64,000 nt of DNA from a virus. The DNA lies in IMG/VR virus record IMGVR_UViG_3300027706_000269, positions 1 to 64,000 of that record. One strand, 5' to 3'. This document shows, in pieces, positions 37,831-47,831 of the stretch. The position numbers and the translations under genes are program-made. Each line of letters begins with the position of its first letter. Position 1 is the stretch's first letter. A model generated the notes under the pieces. That model was given only the letters and a program-made list of their open reading frames with translations. It had not been told where the DNA came from and ran no database searches.

Positions 37831-39102
37831 ATGCCTGATCTCACCGTCAAGTACTTCAACAGCGGGATGACCGGTGCCCCTCAGATCGCCAACAACTGGG
37901 GCGATCTGGTGAGCATGCTCGACGCCTGCCTGGTCAACGGCTTCGCGCTGAAGGCCATCGACACGCTGACCTCGGTGGGCGGTATCGCCACGGCCACCAT
38001 CTCCTCCGGACATGCCTACCGCCCGGATCAGGTCGTGCTGATCGCCGGCGCCGAGCAGCCCGAGTACAACGGGCAGTTCCGCGTCCTCACGACGACCACC
38101 ACCACCTTCACCTTCGCGGTGTCGGGCACGCCGGCCTCGCCCGCGACGACCACGTCGAGCCTCAGTGCCAAGGTGGCGCCGCTCGGCTGGGAGAAGCCGT
38201 TCGCCGGCACGAACAAGGCGGCCTACCGGAGCAAGAACCCGCAGTCGCCGCAGAACCTGCTGTTGATCGACAACAGCCTCAAGACGCCGGGCTACACCAC
38301 GTCCTGGGCGAAATGGGCCAACGTCGGCATCGTGGAGGACCTCACCGACATCGACACCATCGTCGGTGCCCAAGCTCCCTACGACCCGAACAACCCGACG
38401 CAGAACTGGAAGCAAGCTCAAGCTGGCCAGTGGGGTTGGTACAAGTGGTACCACGCGCGCCAGGCTGGCTACGACAACTCCGGTGACGGAGGCGGCGGCA
38501 ACCGCAACTGGGTGCTGATCGGCGACGACCGGATCTTCTACCTGTTCCTTACCCACCAGGCCGGCTACAACTGGTACGGCCGCACGAGCTACTGCTTCGG
38601 CGATATCACAAGCTTCAAGCCCGGCGACAACTACGCCACGGTGCTGGCTGCGGACGACATCTACTGGAGCAACAACAACGCCGGCTACGCGAGCTACCCC
38701 GGCCAGAGCAGCGGCTACGGCCTTGCCATGTCATTGGACTTCACCGGCAAGGTCCTGCTGCGCAACCACACGCAGTTGGGCAACCCGGTCCGCTTCGGCG
38801 TCACCTCCCTCAACACCAACAACGGGCAGCAGATCTGCGGTCGCGGGCCGACGCCGTTTCCGAATGGCGCGGACTACAGCCTCTGGCTCTTGCCGACCTA
38901 CGTGCGTCAGGAGGACGGACACATCCGGGGTCTGATGCCCGGGATGCTGTGGATCCCGCAGGACCGCCCCTACAGCGACCAGACCATCGTCGACAACGTG
39001 GTCGGCCAGGCTGGCAAGCGTTTCCTGCTGGTGCGCACGCAATACAGCTCCGAGACCGAGGGTGCGCAGATCGCCTTCGACATCACCGGACCCTGGAGGT
39101 GA
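37831..39102 (+). CDS. Tail fibre/receptor-binding candidate
   Basis: MTGAPQI...LDACLVNG N terminus; aromatic/Asn-rich C terminus. Confidence 0.7.
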   Translation: MPDLTVKYFNSGMTGAPQIANNWGDLVSMLDACLVNGFALKAIDTLTSVGGIATATISSGHAYRPDQVVLIAGAEQPEYNGQFRVLTTTTTTFTFAVSGTPASPATTTSSLSAKVAPLGWEKPFAGTNKAAYRSKNPQSPQNLLLIDNSLKTPGYTTSWAKWANVGIVEDLTDIDTIVGAQAPYDPNNPTQNWKQAQAGQWGWYKWYHARQAGYDNSGDGGGGNRNWVLIGDDRIFYLFLTHQAGYNWYGRTSYCFGDITSFKPGDNYATVLAADDIYWSNNNAGYASYPGQSSGYGLAMSLDFTGKVLLRNHTQLGNPVRFGVTSLNTNNGQQICGRGPTPFPNGADYSLWLLPTYVRQEDGHIRGLMPGMLWIPQDRPYSDQTIVDNVVGQAGKRFLLVRTQYSSETEGAQIAFDITGPWR

Positions 39103-39105
39103 TCG

Positions 39106-40191
39106 ATGAGCTACCCGCTCAATGACACCTTCGCTACTGCGCCGGCGGCGGGCTACACCACCGTCCTCGGCGGGATGTCCGCCAGCCACAACGCCGCGCA
39201 GCAGGCTCTTGACCTCTCGGCGCCCAGCACGCAATCCATCCTTCGCTTCAACGAAGCGGCGAATGGGGACTTCTGGTTCGAGGCCGACATCGAACTGTTG
39301 ACCGACCCGAGTGGGCGCAAGCACGTCGGCCTGTGGATGACCACCGGCAACGCCGCGGAGGGTTACCGCTTTGCGCATCTGGACGGTGCCTGGAGCGTTT
39401 CGCGCTGGAGCAGCGGATTTGGCGACGGCGCTGCAGTCACCGGAAGCGTCAACGACGGGGCCCGGCCAATAGCCGGCATTGCTGCCACGGCGCCGACGTT
39501 CAACGTGGGACAGCGCCGGACTCTGCGCTGCGAAGTCATCACCGGTGCGCCCGATGCGAGTGGCGTGCCGTGGTCGCGGCTGCTCCAGTTCTCGGCCGGC
39601 GGTGTCGTGCTGTTCCAGGTGGCCGACGCGACGTACCGAGGCAAGCTCGTGCCGGGCGTGTTCCTCTACGGTGCGACCGCCCGCGTTCATGCCATCGCGG
39701 GCGACACGCCATCGGGCCTGCCTGCGTTTCCCGCTGTCGTTGCGGTCAACACGGCAGACGATCTGCAGCCGCTGACGGGCGGCTCGACCTCGGTGCTGTC
39801 CAGCCCCGGCGACAGCATTGGGGTCAGCGTCGATGCGGAGTTGATGCGCCTGAACAGCCCGGCGTCCGAGCGCTGGGATGACCCGGGCGCCTACGACCGC
39901 CACTTCCGAGCGATCCCGTCCGGTCGCAAGAACATCCACTTCAGCGGTATCGGCGTGATCGCGGGCACGGTCAAGGAGAAGGGCGTCCCCGACCAGCCGC
40001 TGGAGCGGCGCGTCCAACTCTTCAGCGAGAACACCCGCCTGCTGGTGGCTGAGACCTGGAGCGATGCCAATGGGGACTATCGCTTCGAGGTCATCGATCC
40101 GACCCAGCGCTACACGGTCGTGAGCTACGACCACAAGCACCTGTACCGCGCCGTGATCGCGGACAACCTTCAGCCGCAGTTGATGTCATGA
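39106..40191 (+). CDS. Tail protein with a C-terminal beta-sandwich adaptor
   Basis: IAGTVKEKG...RRVQL...TWSDANGDYRF. Confidence 0.65.
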   Translation: MSYPLNDTFATAPAAGYTTVLGGMSASHNAAQQALDLSAPSTQSILRFNEAANGDFWFEADIELLTDPSGRKHVGLWMTTGNAAEGYRFAHLDGAWSVSRWSSGFGDGAAVTGSVNDGARPIAGIAATAPTFNVGQRRTLRCEVITGAPDASGVPWSRLLQFSAGGVVLFQVADATYRGKLVPGVFLYGATARVHAIAGDTPSGLPAFPAVVAVNTADDLQPLTGGSTSVLSSPGDSIGVSVDAELMRLNSPASERWDDPGAYDRHFRAIPSGRKNIHFSGIGVIAGTVKEKGVPDQPLERRVQLFSENTRLLVAETWSDANGDYRFEVIDPTQRYTVVSYDHKHLYRAVIADNLQPQLMS

Positions 40192-40583
40192 CCGTCGCCA
40201 TCACCGTCGAGCACAACGAGGCCCGGCTGGCCGGCACGCTGAACTTCCTGGATACCGGCAGCAACCCGGCGCGCCTGCGCATCTACGGGGGTGTGCGCCC
40301 GGCCACGCCGGCCACAACACCCACCAGCGCGATGCTGGTCGAGATCCGTCTGACCAAGCCCGCGGGCACGATCTCGAACGGGCTTCTGACACTGACGCAG
40401 CAGGAAGACGGCCTGATCACCGCCAGCGGCGTCGCCACCTGGGCCCGGCTGGTCAATGGCGATGACGTCACGGCGCTCGACCTGGACTGCAGCGGCACTG
40501 ATGGCAACGGCGATGTGAAGCTGGCCAGCACCACGCTGTACCTGGGCGGCGACGCCCGCATGGTCTCCGCCATCCTGGGCTGA
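40188..40583 (+). CDS. Minor tail protein
   Basis: RLRIYGG.RP...G.ATWARL; overlapping operon gene. Confidence 0.65.
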   Translation: MTVAITVEHNEARLAGTLNFLDTGSNPARLRIYGGVRPATPATTPTSAMLVEIRLTKPAGTISNGLLTLTQQEDGLITASGVATWARLVNGDDVTALDLDCSGTDGNGDVKLASTTLYLGGDARMVSAILG

Positions 40584-40587
40584 AGTC

Positions 40588-42555
40588 ATGCCAGATCTCG
40601 GGTCGCCGCAGGTCCATCTGCGGTTCGACCGACCGGCGCCGACCGACGCGGACTTGCTGTTCGGCGCGGACTTCATCGCGCCTCGGAATGACCTGACGGT
40701 TCAGGCCGTCCTGCCCTTACCGGGCGTCGATGTTCGGTTCATCCCGCCCGCGCGGCTTGAACTGCAAGTGCTGTTGCCGGCGCCCACGGTGAGCTCGGTG
40801 CTGCTGCGCCCGAGCGTGCCGTTGAACGTCGGGAGTGGCGAGAGCGCGATCTTGCCTGGGGTCGTGTTCGCCTCCGAGGTGCGTTACTTCTCGTGCGCCC
40901 AGCGCCCGACCGTGGGCCAGACGAAGCCTCTCTGGCAAGTAGCCCAGCGAAAGGAGGACGGGCCGACGCAAGCTCAGCAGGACGCGACTGCCAAGCCATC
41001 GGGCTGGGCTGCGCCCTGGCATCGCGCAAGCTCCCAACCGCAGGGCATCTCGCACCGACTGCCGCCCGTGCTGTCGGCTTCACGCGAACAGCGGCTTGGG
41101 CTCCACCAGGACGCCTCGCCGTTGCGACACGCGACCTGGTTCGGCCACCAGATCGCCACACACATCGAGGCCGTCCGCCTGGCTCTGTTCCAGAACGCGG
41201 GCGCTGTCCGTGATGCCACGCAGTTCCGGCACCAAGACGGCGACCGCAGCAAGCGGGCAAGCCGCTCAGGCGTCTGGCAAGGCGGTCGACGGGTCACGCG
41301 CGGCCAAGGCTCGGACTTTCAGAGCGCGTGGGCTGACCGTCGAGGCTGGCGAGGTCGCTACCAAGACGCCGTGCCGCCGCCCGCAGGGATCAGCCTGCTG
41401 GTGGTGCCCGAGCCTCCTGCGACGACGCCTTGCTACACGCCGAGCGCGGCCCTGCTGTTCGCCGCGTTGGCCGCGACCGATGGCCACCTGCTGTTCATCT
41501 GTGAGAACCACGACAACCCGCCTCCCGCCGAGGAGCCGGTGGTCGTTCCCATCCGGAGGCTTTACTTCGTGATCAACAACGTGACCCTGCATCGCGTGCT
41601 GGATGGCGCGGAGGTGCCGGTGTTCAGCCTGTCGCTGTCGCTGGATGCGGCGTCGTGGACCTGGGGTTTCGAGGCGTCGCTGCCGGCGAGTGCCGAGTCG
41701 TTGGTCGATCCCGGCGCCGCATCCGGACCGGTGGAGTTGCTGGCCAGCGTGAACGGCACGACGTTCCGCGTGCTGGCCGAGAACATCAGCCGCGAGCGCA
41801 TCTTCGGCGACGCCAGCATCCGCATCTCAGGCCGGGGACGCAACGCCGTACTGGCCGCACCCTATGCGCCGGTGATGACCTTCTCGAACACCGAGGGCTG
41901 CACAGCCCGGCAACTGATGGACGACGTGCTGACCATCAACGGCGTGCCGCTCGGGTGGTCCGTCGATTGGGGCCTGACCGACTGGAACGTCCCGGCCGGC
42001 GCGTTTGCCCACCAGGGGACGTGGATCGAGGCCCTGGCCGCCATCGCGGGCGCCGCGGGCGGCTACCTGATGCCCCATCCGACCGCGCAGAGCCTGCGAG
42101 TCCGACATCGCTACCCGGTGGCACCCTGGGAGTGGGGCTCCGTCACCCCGGACTTCGTGCTGCCCGTCGACGCGGTGGCCCGCGAGTCCCGGCGATGGCT
42201 GGAGAAGCCGGCCTACAACCGGGTGTTCGTCTCCGGACAAGGGGTGGGCGTGCTCGGCCAGGTCACGCGCGCCGGCACTGCAGGCGACGTGCTGGCACCG
42301 ATGGTCGTGGATGCACTGATCACCGAGGCGGCCGCCGCGCGCCAGCGCGGCATCGCGGTGCTCGCCGACACCGGCCGGCAAATCGAAGTCAGCCTGCGCC
42401 TGCCCGTGCTCGCGGAGACCGGAATCATCGAACCGGGAGCCTTCGTCGAGTACCAGGACGGCAGCGTGACCCGGCTCGGGCTGGTGCGCGCCACGCAGGT
42501 GCAGGCCGGCTTCCCCGAGGTCTGGCAGACGCTGGGGGTGCAGGCCTATGCATAA
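40588..42555 (+). CDS. Tail hub-like protein (655 aa)
   Basis: Long ORF with hub-like C-terminal half (YNRVFVSG..GVLGQV.RAG.AGD). Confidence 0.68.
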   Translation: MPDLGSPQVHLRFDRPAPTDADLLFGADFIAPRNDLTVQAVLPLPGVDVRFIPPARLELQVLLPAPTVSSVLLRPSVPLNVGSGESAILPGVVFASEVRYFSCAQRPTVGQTKPLWQVAQRKEDGPTQAQQDATAKPSGWAAPWHRASSQPQGISHRLPPVLSASREQRLGLHQDASPLRHATWFGHQIATHIEAVRLALFQNAGAVRDATQFRHQDGDRSKRASRSGVWQGGRRVTRGQGSDFQSAWADRRGWRGRYQDAVPPPAGISLLVVPEPPATTPCYTPSAALLFAALAATDGHLLFICENHDNPPPAEEPVVVPIRRLYFVINNVTLHRVLDGAEVPVFSLSLSLDAASWTWGFEASLPASAESLVDPGAASGPVELLASVNGTTFRVLAENISRERIFGDASIRISGRGRNAVLAAPYAPVMTFSNTEGCTARQLMDDVLTINGVPLGWSVDWGLTDWNVPAGAFAHQGTWIEALAAIAGAAGGYLMPHPTAQSLRVRHRYPVAPWEWGSVTPDFVLPVDAVARESRRWLEKPAYNRVFVSGQGVGVLGQVTRAGTAGDVLAPMVVDALITEAAAARQRGIAVLADTGRQIEVSLRLPVLAETGIIEPGAFVEYQDGSVTRLGLVRATQVQAGFPEVWQTLGVQAYA

Positions 42556-42769
42556 CGTCTACCAGCAGTTCCGCCAACTGCTGCCCGACGCGCCGCTGCA
42601 GGCGGGCACGGTGACCGAGGTCGCCGTCGGCGTCATCACCGTTCAACTACCGGGTGGCGGTGTCCTGAAGGCGCGCGGCACCGCCAACCTCGGCCAGAAA
42701 GTGTTCGTGCGGGACGGCGTTGTCGAAGCCGTCGCGCCCAGCCTGCCGCTCGAACTCATCGAGGTCTGA
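42548..42769 (+). CDS. Small tail tip protein
   Basis: 73 aa, OB-like (GTV...V.LPGGG...ARG...VFVRDG). Confidence 0.65.
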   Translation: MHNVYQQFRQLLPDAPLQAGTVTEVAVGVITVQLPGGGVLKARGTANLGQKVFVRDGVVEAVAPSLPLELIEV

Positions 42770-42792
42770 CCCACCGCTGATTCATCCCTGAG

Positions 42793-42832
42793 GCCCGCCC
42801 AGTTGCACACGCGCTGGGCGGGCTTTGCATTT
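42793..42832 (+). terminator. Hairpin/terminator between tail and lysis genes
   Basis: GCCCGCCCAG-N11-CTGGGCGGGC followed by TTTGCATTT. Confidence 0.6.
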
Positions 42833-42867
42833 GGCTTCGCCGCAACTTCGTTGACCTGGAGGAAACG

Positions 42868-43176
42868 ATGACCGATCCCATCCCGACCGATCCGCCCGCG
42901 CTGGTGGAGAACATGCTGCTTCTGAGACGCGAGGACTTCGACGACTTGCTCGACCGCGCCGCCGAACGTGGGGCCGAGCGTGTCCTGTCCCATCTCGGCC
43001 TGGAAAACGGCAGTGCCGCCAAGGACATCCGCGAGCTGCGCGATCTGCTGGAAGCCTGGCGCGATGCCCGCCGCACCGCATGGCGAACCGCCGTCAAGGT
43101 CATCACCACCGGCATCCTGGCCGCGCTGTTAGTCGGCGCTGCCATCAAGTTGAAGCTCATGGGAGGTGGCCAATGA
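42868..43176 (+). CDS. Membrane protein of the lysis cassette (DUF6127-like)
   Basis: AAERGA...DIRELRDLLEAWR plus a C-terminal TM helix. GGAGG RBS. Confidence 0.75.
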   Translation: MTDPIPTDPPALVENMLLLRREDFDDLLDRAAERGAERVLSHLGLENGSAAKDIRELRDLLEAWRDARRTAWRTAVKVITTGILAALLVGAAIKLKLMGGGQ

Positions 43177-43649
43177 TCGAGACCTTGCTCGGCGGCCTCC
43201 TGGGAGGAGCCTTCCGTCTGGCGCCCGAAGTGCTGAAGTGGCTGGACCGCAAGGGCGAGCGCGCCCACGAGCTGGCAATGCAGGACAAGGCGCTGGAGTT
43301 CGAGAAGCTGCGCGGCGCCCAGCGCATGGCCGAGATCGGTGCCGGGGCCGATGCCGCATGGAACGTGGGCGCCCTCGAGACCCTGCGCGAGGCGGTCGCC
43401 GCCCAGGGGCAGCGATCGGGCGCCCGCTGGGCCGATGCGCTGTCGGCGAGCGTGCGGCCCATCATCACCTACTGGTTCATGGCGCTCTACTGCGCGGCCA
43501 AGACCGCGGCGTACGTGGGCGCCCTCGAGGCCGGTGCGGATTGGATTCTGGCCATCCAGGCGGCCTGGACCGAGGCCGACCAGGCCCTGTGGGCGGGCGT
43601 CCTGAACTTCTGGTTCTTGGGCCGGGTGTTCGAACGGGTGAGAGCATGA
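43173..43649 (+). CDS. Holin-like membrane protein
   Basis: SVRPIITY...FWFLGR, hydrophobic segments, directly before the endolysin. Confidence 0.68.
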   Translation: MIETLLGGLLGGAFRLAPEVLKWLDRKGERAHELAMQDKALEFEKLRGAQRMAEIGAGADAAWNVGALETLREAVAAQGQRSGARWADALSASVRPIITYWFMALYCAAKTAAYVGALEAGADWILAIQAAWTEADQALWAGVLNFWFLGRVFERVRA

Positions 43650-44128
43650 CGTCGGGGGTGATCGCCGTCCCGCAGGCGGCCATCGAGCTGGCCAAGCGCT
43701 TCGAGGGCTTCCACCGCGTGCCAAAGAACGATCCCGGCCGCGCGCATCCTTACATCTGCCCGGCCGGCTACTGGACCATCGGCTACGGGCATCTGTGCGA
43801 TCCGAAGCACCCGCCGATCACGAAAGGCGAGGCCGAGGCCTACCTCGCCCAGGACCTGAAGGTGGCGCTCGCCGCCACGCTTCGCTACTGCCCGGTGCTG
43901 GCTACGGAGCCCGAGAACCGACTCGCGGCCATCGTGGACTTCACCTTCAACCTTGGCGCGGGGCGGCTGCAGACATCGACGCTGCGGCGGCGGGTCAATC
44001 AGCGGGACTGGGATGCTTCTGCGCGTGAGCTAAGAAGGTGGGTATACGGCGGAGGTGGGGTGCTGTCGGGGTTGGTAACACGCCGCGAGGCGGAAATCGA
44101 ACTGCTGAAAGCTGGAGACTTGGGGTGA
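43646..44128 (+). CDS. Endolysin, GH24 lysozyme
   Basis: KRFEG...YICPAGYWTIGYGH, FNLG, STL.R and GLVTRREAE. Confidence 0.93.
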   Translation: MTSGVIAVPQAAIELAKRFEGFHRVPKNDPGRAHPYICPAGYWTIGYGHLCDPKHPPITKGEAEAYLAQDLKVALAATLRYCPVLATEPENRLAAIVDFTFNLGAGRLQTSTLRRRVNQRDWDASARELRRWVYGGGGVLSGLVTRREAEIELLKAGDLG

Positions 44129-44488
44129 CTTCGTTCTGGCTGTCATCTGCCTCAGATCCCTTACTGCCTGCTAGCTCCAGAAGCTCCCTGACGCTACAAT
44201 CAGAATCCTGAGCGTTCGGAGAGTAAAAGTGGATCACGAGTTTTCGGGGAAGCTCGTGAACATGACAAAACACTCGGTTCTGTGCGCTTACTGGGCGCCT
44301 TAGCTTTAACCGCCATCCCGTTCGATGTGGGGTGATTAAAGGATTTCCTAGCGCCTCACCATTTGCCCGCTCCGGCGAAATAGCCATTGGCGAGCTCTCC
44401 GCCGCTAAACAGGCGATTGGAACGTCAGTCTCATAAATAACCACAAATTAGCCATGGCATCAAATAGCGTAGCAGGAAGGTTCTTCAA

Positions 44489-45445
44489 GTGATGCGACAG
44501 ATTAAGAGTGCAGATGCAGTGACGATACTGCATAACGATGCGCCGAAAGTGATCGAAGAGATCAACGATTTCACATCGCAGACGTTCAAGACACGAGGGG
44601 GACGCCTAGGCAGTGGCATGGGTAGCCTGCTCGAAGCCCTGTGGGTCTATTACATGAACAAAACCCTCATGAATGAGGGTGGATTGGCACGGGAATGTGA
44701 ACTTGCGTGGATGCAAGATCACGAGCCCTCCGATTTTGCCTGCCTGCAAAGAGGGGCCGAATGGGAGCCTCGGAGTCGACGTGGCGAGTTGTTTCGTATC
44801 GAAGCCAAGTCCATGAATATTGGCGTAGACGAAGCCAAAGGACACTTCACAAACCTTGCCAAGGAAACGGCAGAGCATGATCAGCTTCTTGTGCTCATCT
44901 GGTCATGGACCGAGCTGGGAAATAATTATTCATGGCCAAGAATTCACGATTACTTCCTTGGCCCTTCGCTGCCGATTATCAGGGCGCGAGATCAGCTTCA
45001 CCTCGCGCGAGGAGGGTTGTTCGTTGATAGAAGAGAATGCCCTGATGGGTGTGCGCCAGAAGCATGTACACACGATGGAGAGCCACTAAACGCAGCAAGG
45101 AAGCGCGAGCGCCGATCAGGTCCGCAGTCATGCAAGCCAGCAAACGTCGAGTATGCTGCCAATTTTGGCGGCCTCGTGCGGATGCTGAAGACCGACAATG
45201 ATGCTGCGCGTTCGGTCTTTCGGAGACTGCGGAAGGCCGATGATGTGGTTCATGCCTATATATCCTTCATTCACACGCACTTTCCGTCCGAGGAGATCAA
45301 CCACTTTAAGAAAGCTGAATGGCAATCTGTGTTGAAATCCCTTGGGATCAAAGCTAACAATGTGACCGCCGCCGAAGCTAATAAACTGTTGCGGGAGCAT
45401 GTGCCCGACTACCAAGATCACCTGCGGAGATTATTCTATAGTTAG
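44489..45445 (+). CDS. Putative PD-(D/E)xK restriction endonuclease
   Basis: GSLLE...PSDF...IEAKS. Convergent with the M and S genes; lower GC. Confidence 0.65.
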   Translation: MMRQIKSADAVTILHNDAPKVIEEINDFTSQTFKTRGGRLGSGMGSLLEALWVYYMNKTLMNEGGLARECELAWMQDHEPSDFACLQRGAEWEPRSRRGELFRIEAKSMNIGVDEAKGHFTNLAKETAEHDQLLVLIWSWTELGNNYSWPRIHDYFLGPSLPIIRARDQLHLARGGLFVDRRECPDGCAPEACTHDGEPLNAARKRERRSGPQSCKPANVEYAANFGGLVRMLKTDNDAARSVFRRLRKADDVVHAYISFIHTHFPSEEINHFKKAEWQSVLKSLGIKANNVTAAEANKLLREHVPDYQDHLRRLFYS

Positions 45446-46140
45446 GTCGCCACCTCAATTTCGATGACCGGTGTTCCTGACGAGAGCGCAGCCAAGAGTC
45501 CTTTAGCCTGTTGTGCAGGAAGCGTATCCAAGCGCGAACGCAAGGCGATGATCTCTTGATCGATCTGGGCAAGCTGTTCAACCAGTTTTGCTTGCACATC
45601 GAGAGGTGGAACGGGAACTTCGATGTCGAGTAGATCCCGCGTTGACATGCGCGGCAGAGATGCGCCTACGGTGAACTTGCTTGCAAACTGTGTGACGAAT
45701 GACGAAGCGAGGATGTGTCGCAAATAGCGTGAGAGAACAACGTCTTTGCGTGGAGAAAGTACGATGAACTCGCCGGAACACATGCCTTCGGACACCGGGG
45801 GGTGTGCCAGATAGACTTTGTTTAACTCAGGGCGCAGACGTCCATAGAGAACGTCGCCGACCCGAAACGTCTTCGACCGAGACTTTATCGACGACGCAGG
45901 TCGTGGAGAGAATTCCACCAACTCTCCGGTCGTCGATCGGACGTTTTCGAGGCCCACGTAGACAATGGGCTCGCTCCCGTACTGCCGGGGGTCGACTGTG
46001 GAGCGGCGCTCGTCGGCCAACTCTTTCAAGGGACGCATCCGGTAAGCAGATTTCCCGGCGAACTTCGTCTCAGTGAAATAAGAAACCGTCCACCGATCAG
46101 CCCGAAACAGTTTTGCACTTTCGACTACCATCGTCCACAT
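45442..46140 (-). CDS. Half-size HsdS-like specificity subunit (single TRD)
   Basis: YVGLENV, GDVLYGRLRP.LNKV, CSGEF, GASLPR and VPVPPLDVQ. Start overlaps the M stop (TGATG). Confidence 0.88.
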   Translation of the reverse strand: MWTMVVESAKLFRADRWTVSYFTETKFAGKSAYRMRPLKELADERRSTVDPRQYGSEPIVYVGLENVRSTTGELVEFSPRPASSIKSRSKTFRVGDVLYGRLRPELNKVYLAHPPVSEGMCSGEFIVLSPRKDVVLSRYLRHILASSFVTQFASKFTVGASLPRMSTRDLLDIEVPVPPLDVQAKLVEQLAQIDQEIIALRSRLDTLPAQQAKGLLAALSSGTPVIEIEVAT

Positions 46141-47756
46141 CACCAACCCTCCTTATCAATGAATGCCTTGAAGCGATCCGCAACCGCATTGAGGTTGCTT
46201 TCGCCGCACGTGCGGCCGCTGGCGTCATAGCCAATGGAATCAACATCGGCCAAAAAGATGTTGTAGTTACGTGTATACGTTTCACTAACCTCGTGCTTTC
46301 TGAGAATCAGAACGCTGGTCTTGATGTTTGCCCCGAAGGGGGAAAACGTCTCGATAGGGAGGCTAATGATTGCGCGAACACGTGCATGTCGTTCAATCCA
46401 ACTGCGAACTTTCGCGGTGTTTCGATTGCTCAATACACTATCGGGAAGGACGATGGCGAGGCGCCCTCCGTGGCGAAGTAGCTGGAGGCAACGTTCCAGA
46501 GCCACGATTTCTAGCGAGACTGTTGATCCGCATACTGTTGCAAGCTCAAATGGTCCAAGTTGTGTAAGGCTGTCACGCGGTAGATCTATGCCAAATGGCG
46601 GATTGGTCATCACGAGGTCGAACGTTTCGCGATAAAGGTCTGGGTAATTGGAGAACGGCAAGAGCGAATCGCTGCACCGGATGTTGCTATGCCCGTCGCC
46701 ATGTAGCCGCATGTCGGTCATGGCGATTCTGACCATACGATCGCTCTTCTCGATGCCGTGCAGCCGCGTGAAGGCAAACTCGTGGAACAGCTTGTCGGCC
46801 TTGGCGTGCATTCGTCGCACGTAATCGATAGCAGAGGTCAAGAAGTGGCCGGAGCCGCAGAATGGATCAATGATTAGCTCGCGAACGTTTGGCTGCATTA
46901 CCCTCACGATGAAGTCGATGACTTCTTTTGGTGTGAAGTACTGCCCCATTCCTGCGCGGATAGCTGGAGCTAGGACGTTTTGGAATGCGCGGCCCTTGAT
47001 ATCTACGGGTGATGCGGTCAGGTCGTGGTGTTGTAGGAGCTCAACTGCTCGAACGATGGCTGGACTTGATAGAAGCAATGGCTCACGAAAGACGCCACGG
47101 GAACGTTCATATGTCGGTATCTTATTGGAGAAAATTGCTCTGTCTTCATCGATCGCTCGCAGATAGAGCTGACGGATTTCGGCCGCGCATTCTTCGACCG
47201 ATCTGTAGCGTGAACGTTGGAATAAGAGTTCGCCCGTCTTAACGCTTTGCTCCTCATCGAAAAGCTTGGCGTAGATTAACTTGCAAATTTCGTCCAGTGC
47301 ATCGGGTGCGTGAAGTCCATCGATGTCTCGGAACGCGCTGTGCACTTCAAACAGTACGTTTTCAAGATTGCTTGTAAGGGGTTTGAGAGATTTAGGCTCA
47401 AGGCGATAAGCGGATGCCAGAATGTTTGGTTTCTCGAACGATGCGACGTAGTCGAAGTCGCCCGTGCGGAAACTGCGCCGGATGATCTTTGTGACTTGCC
47501 CTGTGGCGTCTAGCTGAATCCCTATGCTGGCAGTGGGCACGGAAAGGAGACACTTTCGAAGATGCGCGTCGGCATCCGGCGCAGCCCCCTTGGCAACTCC
47601 GCAGACTATGTACTTGGTCCCTCGGTCGTTGTGAACGACATAGACATCGTTGTCTGACTCTTGTGCGTAGCGGGAAATAACGTGGCCGCTGTCGGCTGGC
47701 AGCGAGAGCGCCGCAGCGATGAGTTGTTGAACCGTGGTGAGCAAGGGCCACTCCAT
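46140..47756 (-). CDS. HsdM-like N6-adenine methyltransferase
   Basis: GQYFTP, DPFCGSGHFL, NPPFG and AIVLPDSVL. The true start may be TTG at 47744. Confidence 0.93.
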   Translation of the reverse strand: MEWPLLTTVQQLIAAALSLPADSGHVISRYAQESDNDVYVVHNDRGTKYIVCGVAKGAAPDADAHLRKCLLSVPTASIGIQLDATGQVTKIIRRSFRTGDFDYVASFEKPNILASAYRLEPKSLKPLTSNLENVLFEVHSAFRDIDGLHAPDALDEICKLIYAKLFDEEQSVKTGELLFQRSRYRSVEECAAEIRQLYLRAIDEDRAIFSNKIPTYERSRGVFREPLLLSSPAIVRAVELLQHHDLTASPVDIKGRAFQNVLAPAIRAGMGQYFTPKEVIDFIVRVMQPNVRELIIDPFCGSGHFLTSAIDYVRRMHAKADKLFHEFAFTRLHGIEKSDRMVRIAMTDMRLHGDGHSNIRCSDSLLPFSNYPDLYRETFDLVMTNPPFGIDLPRDSLTQLGPFELATVCGSTVSLEIVALERCLQLLRHGGRLAIVLPDSVLSNRNTAKVRSWIERHARVRAIISLPIETFSPFGANIKTSVLILRKHEVSETYTRNYNIFLADVDSIGYDASGRTCGESNLNAVADRFKAFIDKEGW

Positions 47757-47758
47757 GA

Positions 47759-47792
47759 GACTATACGTCTGAGTGAGTTAGGACATCTTGTC
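47759..47792. promoter_or_regulatory. Two GACN5GTC sites over the methylase promoter
   Basis: GACTATACGTC (47759-47769, contains minus-strand TATAGT) and GACATCTTGTC (47782-47792). Confidence 0.7.
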
Positions 47793-47831
47793 GCATTTTA
47801 GCCCATGAGTCCACAGACAACACCCCTTTGT

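Noticed and set aside
34208-42769. Diversity-generating retroelement or invertible tail-fibre cassette
   Set aside because: No reverse transcriptase, invertase or template/variable repeat pair was seen by eye.
43995-44444. 149-aa minus-strand ORF or an RM controller gene
   Set aside because: It overlaps the lysozyme, has no HTH or other motif and no clear RBS.
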